DNA of 64,000 bases from Camelus ferus (lineage: Eukaryota). The stretch is from NCBI RefSeq assembly GCF_009834535.1, contig NC_045697.1:14200001-14264000 (forward strand), given 5' to 3'. Shown in pieces: positions 25,261 through 37,274 of this stretch. Position 1 is the first letter of the stretch. Each line of letters begins with the position of its first letter. The notes under the pieces are model-generated. The model saw only the letters and a list, made by a program, of their open reading frames with translations. It was not told the DNA's origin and ran no database searches. The position numbers were made by a program, and so were the translations under genes.

Positions 25261-27847
25261 TAATTTGCTTCAAAAGTGCTGATTAAAATACAGCCTTACT
25301 TGATAAATAAATTATTTTATAAAATGTTCTTCTGAAAACTCTTATGTATATACATAAATACCTTTATTCCTTTCTAATTAAAGAAGTGGTCAGGGAAATT
25401 TTTTATTACCATCCCCACTTCACAGATGAAGCATCTTTAGCCAATAGATAACAAAATGAGATGACCAGTTGAATTCGTCTGGTTTCTGATTCCTGTTTCG
25501 TTGCATGGAATATGCCAACAGATAAATTTAAATTTTTAAGCCCAAAGGCAGGAGTTCACATAAGGAAAGTGAACTCTTTATCTTGACTCCATTACTGAAA
25601 TACCACAAGATTTACGGTTGAGACAGGAATATAACAGTGTCACTGTTAATGTGCCCTGCAGTTGTAAAGACGATCAAAGACGATTTAGAGCCCCTTCTTC
25701 TTTAAGCCTGGGGTGTTTAAAATCTTTTTCTGTAGCAAACCACTAGACAGTTCAGTAACTGCTTTGTTTTCACACATCCATTTAGAAATTCAAGAAAACA
25801 AAATCTCAGGTAATAGATGAGTGTAGTAAAACTTAAAATTACATAATAATGGTAGTAAATACAATTTATGTTCCCAGTGGAAAGGCTCACTGTGAAGTGA
25901 TTCACTTGCAACTTTTGTGAGTCATCGAATACATAGTTCCCTGGGGAGCATTGAAAGAGGGTTTGTCAGTACTTCCCAGAACCCAGAGGATGTTACACAT
26001 TGCAGGTGGGTAGGCAGGAGGTGACTGTGATAGACTGTAAAATCGACGATGGCTTAGTTTTATTCTGCAACAACTGGTGTGTCCATCACTGCTTTTATTT
26101 AGAAGGGCATTTAGACAAGGGACACCCCCCACCCCGATCTCTTGCTTTAGGAGACAGAATGAAACACCAGCTGAGAACACTCTTAGCTTTGCCATATTCT
26201 CTTTGGGCCCCATACACACAATATCATCCTGAAATCAAAGAATCTAAGAATAGTAATTTCACAAGACTTGTCTGTTAAAGGGCTGGGTGAGGCCTCGCTT
26301 AATTCCTGGGAAATATAAATGGAATTAAGCTCACTGGCAACTCTTACCAAGTTCTGGAATCATCATATGAGACATTTAAACCTTTGGGGAGGAGAAAAAT
26401 CTAGTCCATCTGAATTTCACTTGTCATTGGGGAAAAAGAATCCAAAACCAAGTTTCAAATCTATGTATCTCATATACATTCTCATAATCTTCAAACACCC
26501 CTTAGAAGATTATTACCTATTTTTTTCCAATTCAGTGATTTTTAGTAAATGAAGTTGTACGACCATCATAGAAGATTATTCTCCATAGAACTTTGTTCTT
26601 GGGCTATTTGGAAGAGAAATCGCCTATTAAAGGCTTGTTAGTGGCGAGAATACATGCCATGTGTATAGTACCAGCTACTCTTCAGGGTAGTTTTTTTTTA
26701 TTATTATAAAAGTGGTGCACAATAATGAAAATCATGTACAATAGAACCAGACAACCTGGCTTCACATCTGTTTAGCCACTGGCCGTGCCACCTTGGGTAC
26801 CCTAAGTACCCAAATTTAGGGTTGTTGTGAGTCTTAAATGAGTGAAAACATGTAAAGTAACCCAATGTCACACATCTAACAGGAGTGAGGACACTGCTGA
26901 GCAAGATTTATCTCCCAACGTTATCTTTCAGGATATCACCACTGAAAATTCCAATTTTTTTTAAATAAAATGTTTTTAGATATCCTGTCCTAAGTATGCC
27001 TGAAGTCTCCTGACTGTCTGTAATTATAATCCAGGTATTATTACTAAATACACTTTGTATGTTATTCCTAATATGTCTCCCTTATCTTTTATTTACTTAA
27101 CATATACCTATTGAGCGTCTACTATTTACCAGACACTCTACTGGAAGAAATAAATAAATAATACATGGCCTCTGGTTTAATGTCCCTTAAACAATTAGTG
27201 GGAATTAAAGACATGTACTCAAAAACAAAAACAAAAATGAAAGAAAGAAAAAAGGAAAGAAATAAAGAAGTAGTAAGTGAAGTGAGTTAATAATGAAACT
27301 GCCTCTGGCTTCCCAGCTGAAACCCTGCTTTAGAGTGTACAAAAATTTCAAGGTATTAAATCTTCCAAGTGTACTGCACCAAACAGCATCATCAGTGATG
27401 ACATACCTAGGTCGATCGTCTAAGACCAATGTGTGACCACGAGTGCATTCCTTACTATGCAAGTCTTTTATCTGCAATTGTAAAGAGGGAAAAAGAGGGC
27501 CCCATTATTATGGTTTATAACTGAAGACCAGTGTTCATAAAGCATTTATAGAAAACCACTTAGAGAGTTGTATATGATCACAAAGCAAAAAGCAATTGAC
27601 CATCATCTTGTCTATGTATGTCTTTATATTCATGTTATGTAGAACTTCTAATAACTTGAACGAGATATGTCCCCAAAGAAGGTATTACATTTCTGCTAGC
27701 TTTTAATTATCTTACAATTAATATTAAAAATAAAGCTAGCCTAAATTCTTCCCGAAGAAGATTCTGAAGTAGTATCGTGTTATTTATTTGATGATGGTGG
27801 TGATGGTGGTGCTGTTCATGGTGATACTAATATCTAATGTTTAACTT

Positions 27848-28310
27848 ACTCACCATAAAAAAGAATGAAATATTGCCATTTGTAGCACCATGGATGGACT
27901 GAGAGAACATTATGCTTAGTGAATTAAGTCACACAGAGAAAGACAAAAACTGTATGATGTCACTTAAATGTGGAATCTAAACAATAATACAAATAAATCT
28001 ATATATATAAAACAGAAACAGACTCACAAACATAGACAACAAACTTACAGTTACCATAGTAGCAGGGAGGGACAAGTCAGGGGTATGGGATTAACAGATA
28101 TAAACTACTTTACATAAAGTAGATCAGCAATAAGGATTTATTGTACAGCACAGGGAATTATACCCAATAGCTTGTAATAACCTATAATGGAATAAATCTG
28201 CCAAAAAACCCCAAAAAAGAATCATGATGGTGTGCATCTGAAATTAACACAATATTGTAAATCAACTATACTTCAATTAAAAATAATAAATAGATAAGTA
28301 AGTAAATAAA
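27848..28310 (+). mobile_element. 5'-truncated LINE-1 3' end
   Basis: ccataaaaaagaatgaaatattgccatttgtagcaccatggatggac...attgtaaatcaactatacttcaattaaaaataataaa; homologous to 15410-15860. Confidence 0.9.
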
Positions 28311-28314
28311 TTTG

Positions 28315-28535
28315 CACTTTCTATATGCTGGATGTTTAGCTCTGCATGTCAAAAAATTATTTTGTTTACACGTCAAATTAACCATAGAAGGGAGAAATGT
28401 TTTACTTTTTTACTGAAGAGAATACTGACGTTTGTTAGCAATTATATAACTTATTTAAGATCAAATATTTAATAAATGCAAGACCAGAATTCAAGTTCAG
28501 GTTTATCTGCCTCCAAAATCTGTGCGTTTCACCGC
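28315..28535 (-). mobile_element. MIR SINE (diverged)
   Basis: ...ccagaattcaagttcaggtttatctgcctccaaaatctgtgcgtttcacc, the MIR 5' end in reverse. Confidence 0.55.
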
Positions 28536-30088
28536 CAATGGGTATTACTACCCAGCAAATCCCCTTAGAATACAGTCATATTTAAGGTCACTAACAGTTG
28601 GTGTGCAACTTTATTTAGAAAGTGCTTTCCTTATTATATATTGTTTCCTCTGTTGATTTTAATGGTATCTAAAGTTGGGATAATTAAATGTGTAAAAAGC
28701 GAAAATATTGATTGGCACATCTAATATTTATTTTTTAAATGATGATATCTTAAATAGGTTAGCAAAGATCCCTGCACACGCGGACACTTAAATACTTAGG
28801 ACCGGAAAACTCAAAGTGTTTTCTCAGATCTGCAGAGTGGTTTATACTGCTGTCAAATCGCAAAAACATTTTATTCTATGTCAGCAACAATGGAATATGA
28901 TTAGACTCCTGTGGTGAGAACCATGCAAAAATGTCAATACATTTTTCTGCAATTTTCCAGACTTGACCTATTTGCAACTTTAAATATCAGTGCCTGGAAA
29001 TTGAATCAATCTTCTTGTGTGGGGAGTAGTAGGTATTCACAATCCGCCCTATTATATGCTCCCATATTTCCATTTTTGAGTCTTTTTTTTTCAATCTTTT
29101 CTGTCAATATCTCAGTATATTAGTTCTTTAATATTCACTGTTGATCTCGCCTTCTTTGCTGGTCCTGTTTCACTGGTCCTGTTTGCATCTTTGCCCGATG
29201 TAACGCTCATGTTAGATGGACAGTCACCCTTTACAACCATATAGCACCTGCGTATTAGTTGCACCCAGCTTCATTTTAACTTGTCGTTTTCTATTTACCT
29301 AAGTCTCTTAATATTTTTGGTTTTGTCCATTTTACGAATTTCCATAAACCCTCTCAAGTTTTTTAGAAGGTAGCAGCAAGAGAAACAGAAGAACCATTGT
29401 CATCACTAAACTCCCTAGATGTGACTACGTTAAGCATTCTGTTTATTCAGTTATTCTCACCTCCCTACTGAGCATAGATGTCTTCACAGCAATATCATTT
29501 GATGGACATCCTTCTGAAAAATGCAAAGAAAGTGAGAGTATATTATCAATTAACAAATTTCAAAAAGTGCAGTGATCCTGCCAAGCTGGTTCTTCCTGTA
29601 TGTATGTGTATGTTTGATTCTGGTAAGCATCACTGTGTAGTGCTTAAGAGTGCAGAAGCCAGTGAGCCCTGAACATCAGTGTCCAGAAAGTGTATTTGGC
29701 CCAAGAGTAGGTTCCTTGCCTTTGAATACAATTCAGAGTAACAGTATCTGAGTAAATGGAACTTTAGTGGCATTTAAAAGCACATGTAAAATTATGCTTT
29801 GGAATTCCTACATACCTGGAGAATATGACTGAATAGAGATAAAATGTATTCATTTCCACTTCTCCCGATGGGAGAACAGAATTGATGTATTCATTCCCAA
29901 GTAGAGAACGACCATATCTCCTTGAAAGTATCTTTTATCTTTAAATCAACTACTGGTCTTTGTCTTTATTAATGTTAGATGGGAATGTCTTTTCCCTAAA
30001 AGAGCTTATTGGAGTCTGAATTGTAACTCGTTTTCTTTAACAAATACAGAATTGGAGGATCAGCTAAGTTGTTGTTGTTGTTTTATAG

Positions 30089-30243
30089 TGTGGAGACGAT
30101 CAATGATGGAAACTTCCACATTGTGGAACTACTCGCTCTGGATCAGAGCCTCTCCCTCTCTGTGGATGGAGGGAGCCCCAAAATCATCACCAATTTGTCC
30201 AAGCAGTCCACCCTGAATTTTGACTCCCCACTCTACGTCGGAG
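30089..30243 (+). CDS. SLIT2: SLIT2 coding exon (exon 34), laminin-G domain
   Basis: ttttatag|T GTG GAG ACG... [51 protein letters not shown](G); ends GGA G|gtaagc; 155 nt. Confidence 0.97.
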
Positions 30244-33200
30244 GTAAGCTGTTTTCCAAGTTCCATGGATTCCCAGACCCTGTGATTCTCATCACAGACT
30301 AATCCTGAAGTTGTGGATGCCTGGTGCCATGGGCGTTGGTCCATCATTGAAAGATGAACAGCGATAATGGAAAGAAAAGAGCCCTAGATGAGTAATAAGA
30401 GAGCATTTTGTAAGCCTGGCTCTGGGTCTAACTAAATGTGTGGTTGGGGTGGAGAAGGACATTAATCTTTCTTTTGTGTCTGTCACCTGCTAGGTGATTT
30501 ACACATCATATAATGTAATTATTTGATCCAGTGTATAGAAAAAGAAAGCTGGTTAGAGGTCAAATCAGGCAATAAAGAAGCTGAGGAAAGAAGTTTGATG
30601 CAAACTGAGGAATGAATGACCCACCCCAGCTCCCTTAAGGAGGCGAAATGTTTCAGTCAAATGTTGCTCTGCTGGAATGCCTTACTACAGTTGCTAACTC
30701 ATGTAGCCGATAGGATAATTATTAATGAAATCAACTGAATGAACAAATTAAATGTACAATTTGTGTTGGGGAATTTGTACTTTGGTAGCAGGAAGTACTT
30801 CTGTTTAGCTAAGACCTCAAGGTGACTGAACCAGAGGAAAGGCGGGAAAGGTGGGTTGGGGCTTAGAATAATGGAGTGAAGACTGGACTTTATTTTAAAC
30901 AACGGGAAAGCAGATGAGGAAACGGATGAGGGGTAGACGTATAAGCAAAGTTCGGAAGAATCCCAGAAGGGAGGACCCGACCCGCAAAGGAGAGAGCCTG
31001 TCCTCTTGCCGCTGTCTGTCTGGAGGAGTCAATATAAACCAGAGACAGGATTTCAAATTCCAGGCAAAGGAGCAAGACAACATATAATGTTGAACTGAAT
31101 TGCACTGAATTAAATGACATTGAATTGAAGTGAATTGACTGACAAGATCAACTCATTTTACAGATAAATAAGCTGAAGTTTCTGAGCAGGTCAATATAAC
31201 TGATTTCTCCACCATGACGTGTACGCTCATGAACTTCACATCAGCATTTTCACAATCATAGCCTTGAGATGCTCTACAGTTTTCTTAACCCCTCAAAGCC
31301 TTCCCTGGAAGCCCTTTTGGGAAGTTTACTGAAATTCCAGAACACTTCTGTTTTTAATCATTCCAGCAGTTGAAAATCTGAACACTTTGATAGAGTTTGG
31401 ATTTTTTAGACACAGTTAAAAGTCTTTCATTCAATTCTGTAAATATTTATTGAGCTCTTCCCATCTGCTGAGAGCTAAGTTAATAGATGCACAGAGGATA
31501 CAAAACTGAAAAAGAAATATCCCTTCTGGGCCCAGGGGATGGGGGAAGGCAGTCACATCTTCATGAAACCTTAAAGCATTGTAACAAAAATAGGTCGTCT
31601 TGAGTCTGTGCAGCGAGTTGACTGATCGCTTTGCTTCATGGCAATCACACTCTGGGATTCATTAACAGGCAAAAGCCTTCCCTTTCTGCCTGCACTACAG
31701 CGAACAGCAGTTGCTTTGGGATGGGTGAAGCAAGTCACAGACATTACCTGTGATCCAAGAGAAAAGAGATTATATTTACTAAGCACATGCTATGTGCTCA
31801 ACGATGCTTTTTTATCCTCAGAGACTTTAGGAAGTAGGTATGATTTTTTGTTTTATAATCCCTAAGGGACAGTCTCACGGACTTCATAAAACTTGTCCAA
31901 GTTCACAAAGCTAGGACATGATCGAGACCTTGTTCAGGTCCAGGTCTGTCTGCCCCCAAAGCCACCTGCATTGCCATCGGTTCCTAACATGGAGCAGAAG
32001 GAGAAGCGGTCTAAGTTCTGTCGCTCTTTGTTACTAACGGACTCGTCCTTCACTTGATTTTATTACGCTTTCACTAGAAACCATTTCACTAAATCTGTTA
32101 AGACCTCTTTAGAATGTGGTGGAAAAAAAAGTAAGTACAGAATGGGGGTGCTTGGGCCAGAACATTTTTCAAAAATGGAGGAAAAAAATACATTTTAAAT
32201 TAGCCCTGAGAAGTGTGAATCTTTCTAAGGCTAGAGGGCTGGAAGAATCCAGACAGTGCCTCTGTCCATCCAGGCCTGAAGGAAACCTCTTCCATCGCAG
32301 CCTCACTGCCAGAGAACACGCTGGGCTCGTTTCCTTCCCACTCAGAGGACAGTCCCTAGGGTAACTCACATTTTAAAAATACAAGGCAGTCCTGAGACCG
32401 CAGGCCTGAATTCTTTATGGCAAAGGCAGTGGAACCTGACTTAGCAAAGGAGAGTGAGGCAAACAAGCGCTCCTTCTTCTCGGAGTCTGCAAACTGGAAC
32501 CCGCCCCAAGGAGGACGGCTCTGCCCCAGGTGCTGCGTCTCACACCTTCGGCCCTTGCAGAAGTGTGTTCTAGCAGAACGGGGAGGCGGCTTTGCCTGCC
32601 CTTGGTTTCAGCTACCCTTGAATAGGCTTTACTTAATAGAAAACAATGTAATCTTTATGCTTTTCTATATAATAGTCCAACCAGAACATATATTACTTAA
32701 TGGAATTTTTTTTAAAAAGTTAAGACCTACACATAGAGGCCCCCCCATGCATCACAGATCCTCTCCTAATGCCCTGTTGGACAGAAGACCTCAGTGTTGA
32801 CACCCGATCCTTTATTGTCCTTCTGAAACATATCGAGCTTGTTAAGGCTGAAAACTGTCTACTAAGTTATCTGTTGTTTGATGGATTGAATCCCAGCTTT
32901 CGTCCATGGCATAGAGGACCAGCCAAAGGGAAAAACCATAAATCCACTTCTGTTTGTCAGTTAAGACTTCGCTTCCTAGTCAGAAATGTACCAAGCACCT
33001 GAAAGACTGAGTCGGAATAGTTACTGATTTTATGATATCCCACCGGAAGTAACTCTACATGTGATGTATCAACAGTTTCGTTTACAGATTACTACAATCA
33101 CAGCTAGACCTTTACCCCTGTTAGCTTTGGGAATAAAGGAAATGCATTTACTTCTCCAGTTGCTTCTCCCTGCTGTGTAACTTAATCAATCTGTGTTTAA

Positions 33201-33522
33201 TTTTGACATGTGCACATATGTGTGTTGTGCCTCCATCAAAATGAGCTCTTGAAGACAAGTAGTTTTGGAAGAAGTTCTTTCTTAACCTGTGAAGAAGGGA
33301 CCATAAATGTGTGGACATTAAAGTCCACATAGTCTTGATGGATGGATACAATTGCATTAGAACAATTTACCCTCAAACAACGAATTCCCCATCACGAGTC
33401 CTCTCCTGGAAATGGACCATTTCATCTTTTGGACCTCTCTCTCCAAAGCAGCCCAGTTACCAAGGCCAGACAGACACAGACTGAAAACCTGGACTCATGA
33501 TCTTCAAATCCAAGATGCTTAG

Positions 33523-33720
33523 TTCAGTATCTGTCAAAATGTGACGAGGGCCGCTTGCATCAGGACCACCTGAGCTGCACGTGAATGTTTAGATTTCCAT
33601 GCCCACCGCATCCTTCTGGGTCAGAATCTCAGGTGGAGAGAGAAGGGGGCCTGGGAAGCCGCCTTCTGAGCAGCGCATCTCCAGTGTTTCTTACACCGAC
33701 AAGCTGGGAAAGAACTGCTC
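33523..33720. mobile_element. MER5-like hAT-Charlie relic
   Basis: cttgcatcaggaccacctg...agatttccatgcccacc...tcagaatctcaggtgg...gggcctgggaagcc...agaactgctc. Confidence 0.6.
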
Positions 33721-35204
33721 TGGTCCATCCTCTTGTTGCAGATGAGAAAACGAAGCCCCAGAGGAGGGATGACCAGCCCAAGCGCACACAGACTGAAACT
33801 ACAGACTTTGCCCTCTAGCCTAGTGGTTTTGTAGAACCAGCTGTCTGACTTTGGTGCCTGCTAGACCTCAAATGGGGTCCCTTTGAACAGGAAGGGAGGT
33901 GCCGCCAGGAGGCAGGGCCTGGAGGGTGCTGTAGTTCTCCGTCTTTACAACCAACAGACCCCCAGAGAGTGAGAGCTGAGGTCTTTCCCAGCCTCGACCC
34001 TCCAGCCAGCCAGTAGCTCAGAGTCCAGGCGCAGGGACAGTGTGAGTGCCGGGTGGGGGGGGGGGTGATTAGCTGCTCTGAAGGCCTTGTCTCCCTCCCC
34101 TCCCTTCTCCCCTCCCCCAGCAGGGGCCTGGATGGTAGCCTCCTGTAAGATCCCATCCAAGAACTATTTCAGGGTCTGCCTTAGGCCATGGAAAGATTCC
34201 TTAGTTTTGCCCAATGAGGGTTACCACATGACTGTCACTGGTGGAATATATATACAAAGACTGAAAATATCATTTTTGGAAGAATTTCTTTTATAGTCCT
34301 AATTTCTTGGAATATGAAGTTTTCACTCTCAATTAGCAAGAGAAAAAAAGTCTGAATGAGGTGCTGTCCTGATAGGGAGCAGGGGTGGGTTTTTTCAGGC
34401 AGTGACATCCACGGCTCAGCTTGGGACATTGTCAGTAGTGAGCTGGACTCATTGCCAGCTTAGGGTTTGGCAGGGCTGGGGTAAATGGTCCCTGTGGACC
34501 CAGCTCTCACCGGCTGAACCTCAGTGGACTGAACGTGACTAGAGATTATGGAAGTTTGCCTCATTAGCCTAATTCTGACCCAGTCTTACTGGTGACAGTG
34601 AGCATGTTGCCCAAGCTCTCTGGGCCCTGGGCCCTTTATCTTTAAGGGCGTAGGGTTGGTCGGGGAGTCAGGAACTCTAGGCTGGGCTTCCAAAGTACAT
34701 GTCCAGGTTAGGGGGTGGGTGCAGAGAGGGGAGCACTAATGCCTCCCCATTCCCAACACTGCGTTTAAGTGCAGTAGCCCTGAGTTTAAGTTTTAAATAT
34801 CTAATACCTCCATATAAGGTGTTTGTTTTTTTGTTTTTTTTTTTTTGAAACAGATGTTAAACATTAAAGATTGACTGCCAGTGAACTAGGTTCTTTATTT
34901 TAGTTGTGCATTAGAATTGCCTGGAGCATCTTCCAAAAAAGGAACACACACGCACACACAGGCACACACACACACACTCCTCTTCTCCCTCCCCCTAGAC
35001 GATCTGATCACATCAGTCTGGGCTGAGGCCCCCAGGAATCACCTGTGTGATTCTGCTGTCAGAACTGCAGGGCTGGAGGCTTACACTGTCTGGTTCTCCT
35101 AAAGAGGCGGACCCCAACCCTGCGGGAAGAGCGAGAGGGCCCGGGTAGCACCTGGCTGAGGGCCCTCCTCGGAGCCTGACCTCCCACTCGGTGTCCCTCC
35201 GCAG

Positions 35205-35496
35205 GCATGCCGGGCAAGAACAACGTGGCGGCGGCTCTGCGTCAGGCCCCCGGGCAGAACGGCACCAGCTTCCACGGCTGCATCCGGAACCTGTACATCA
35301 ACAGCGAGCTGCAGGACTTCCGCCAGGTGCCCATGCAGACGGGCATTCTGCCCGGCTGTGAGCCGTGCCACAGGAAGGTGTGCGCCCACGGCACGTGCCA
35401 GCCCAGCAGCCAGTCCGGCTTCAGCTGCGAGTGCGAGGAAGGATGGACGGGGCCCCTCTGTGACCAGAGGACCAATGACCCCTGTCTGGGAAATAA
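35205..35496 (+). CDS. SLIT2: SLIT2 coding exon (exon 35), end of laminin-G and EGF7
   Basis: cctccgcag|GC ATG CCG... [38 protein letters not shown]...[12 protein letters not shown](K); ends AAT AA|gtaagt; 292 nt. Confidence 0.97.
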
Positions 35497-35722
35497 GTAA
35501 GTTTGGGCTGCTGGTTAGTTCAACACGCACACACACACACACACATACACACGCTCTCCAACCCTCAAAGCAAAACTCAGGAGAGGAAAAAGGAAAGAGG
35601 GCGGGAAGGAGGGAAAGGAAAGAAGTCCACTAGCACCATGTCCCTTGTTTTATCATCCATCCTCCCCTCGTTCCTATCCCCGCCGCCTAATGCATCTCCA
35701 TGGCTGCCTTCCTCCGCTGTAG

Positions 35723-35934
35723 ATGCGTACATGGCACCTGCCTGCCCATCAACGCGTTCTCCTACAGCTGCAAGTGCCTGGAGGGCCACGGGGGCGTCCT
35801 CTGTGACGAAGAAGAGGATCTGTTCAACCCCTGCCAGACGATCAAGTGTAAGCACGGGAAATGCAGGCTCTCAGGACTCGGGCAGCCCTACTGTGAATGC
35901 AGCAGCGGATACACGGGGGACAGCTGCGATCGAG
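35723..35934 (+). CDS. SLIT2: SLIT2 coding exon (exon 36), EGF8-EGF9
   Basis: ccgctgtag|A TGC GTA CAT... [37 protein letters not shown]...GYTGDSCDR(E); ends CGA G|gtaagc; 212 nt. Confidence 0.97.
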
Positions 35935-37032
35935 GTAAGCCAGCCCAGCTGGGCACCTCCCTCTGTCTTGGCAAAGCAAGAGTGGCCCCCTCTTTGGAAA
36001 GAGAGAGAGAAGAAGGGAGACACACAGAGAGGGGAGTGACATGTAGAACGCCAGGTCTTTGCACAACCTTTAGTTGCTGGTGTTGATTTATTTCCCAGTG
36101 AAGCCACCAGGTGGGGAATATTCCAAACCTCCAGCGCAGGATTTTACACGGCCTTCACATGTCTTCCCACACCGTGATTTGCTGTGAAAATACTCCTTTT
36201 CCCCGTACGTAGAGGCACATACAATCTACTTACTTCTTACCTTGACCTGCCACTCTGATCCGTGGGTCACGGCTTCATCTTCCGGCACAGAATACAGGGG
36301 GCTAATCATTCTGCTGTAGTTTTAGGACAAAATCACCTTTGCCCTTAGAATCAACTGATCTGTCACTGCAAATGGTGCAAGGGAGAGGGGTGGAAACAGG
36401 CTGAGTTTTCAACCCACCTATTTCCTTCTCCTGTGTCTGCGTGACTAGAGTGTGCTTTGCCTCCAGCTGGTGTGGATTTTGTTGTGTTGTATCAGAGGGG
36501 TGAGACGGGAGGAACGTGTCCATGGAAGCTTTCAGCAGATGTCTCTTTTTGAACGAGTTCATACTCGGGTAATTTATGAAGTTCGTGGAATGTTACTTGT
36601 ATTAAGTAACAGATTGAATGATGTTAAACTCCACGTCTAATAAATTACATTGCCTACTCCCTGAAACCACTCCCTGTGGTAAACAAAACCAGCTGTTAGC
36701 AGTGTAAAAACAGAGGATGTGTATGTTTGATACAAAAGAAAAGATTGAGGAACCCAATATTCTTGACAGTCCAAAAGCGTCGTATTTGTAGTCCACATAG
36801 AGAGTATTCCCTTTGCACAAAAGGAAGGCCAAAAAGAAAGTGCTTTGCGCAGAACAGCAGGCTGTGCCACCAGCCCGCACTGTGCCGTATCAGCCTGACA
36901 CTGACAGCAGCGGTTCCAGACGGGCGGCTGCAAGAGCGCCATCTGCTGAGCTGAGCTGTGGCTTTCAGCAGTCACTCCGCGTGACTTTCAGCAACTGCCT
37001 TTACACGTTGTGTGCGTTTGGTTCTTTTCTAG

Positions 37033-37274
37033 AAATTTCTTGTCGAGGGGAACGGATAAGAGATTATTACCAGAAGCAGCAGGGCTATGCGGCTTGCCAG
37101 ACCACCAAGAAGGTGTCCCGCCTGGAGTGCAGAGGCGGGTGCGCGGGGGCGCAGTGCTGCGGACCTCTGAGGAGCAAGCGGCGGAAATACTCCTTCGAAT
37201 GCACTGACGGCTCGTCGTTTGTGGACGAGGTTGAGAAGGTGGTGAAGTGTGGCTGCACCCGCTGCGCCTCTTAA
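37033..37274 (+). CDS. SLIT2: SLIT2 last coding exon (exon 37), C-terminal cystine knot, stop TAA
   Basis: ttttctag|AA ATT TCT TGT... [79 protein letters not shown]; 242 nt. Exon phases (1,2,2,0,2,1,2,1) close exactly on the stop codon. Confidence 0.98.

Noticed and set aside
32417..32800. 127-aa ORF in the intron between exons 34 and 35
   Set aside because: No recognisable domain or splice context; the length is compatible with chance in 64 kb.
35099..36107. Overlapping antisense and alternative-frame ORFs (up to 178 aa)
   Set aside because: By-products of GC-rich SLIT2 exons with few stop codons; they run across splice junctions into repeats and resemble no known protein.
36813..37032. 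In-frame N-terminal extension of the last exon (ORF 36813..37274)
   Set aside because: It begins at TTG, not ATG, in intronic sequence; a good acceptor at 37031-37032 in the correct phase explains the exon start.
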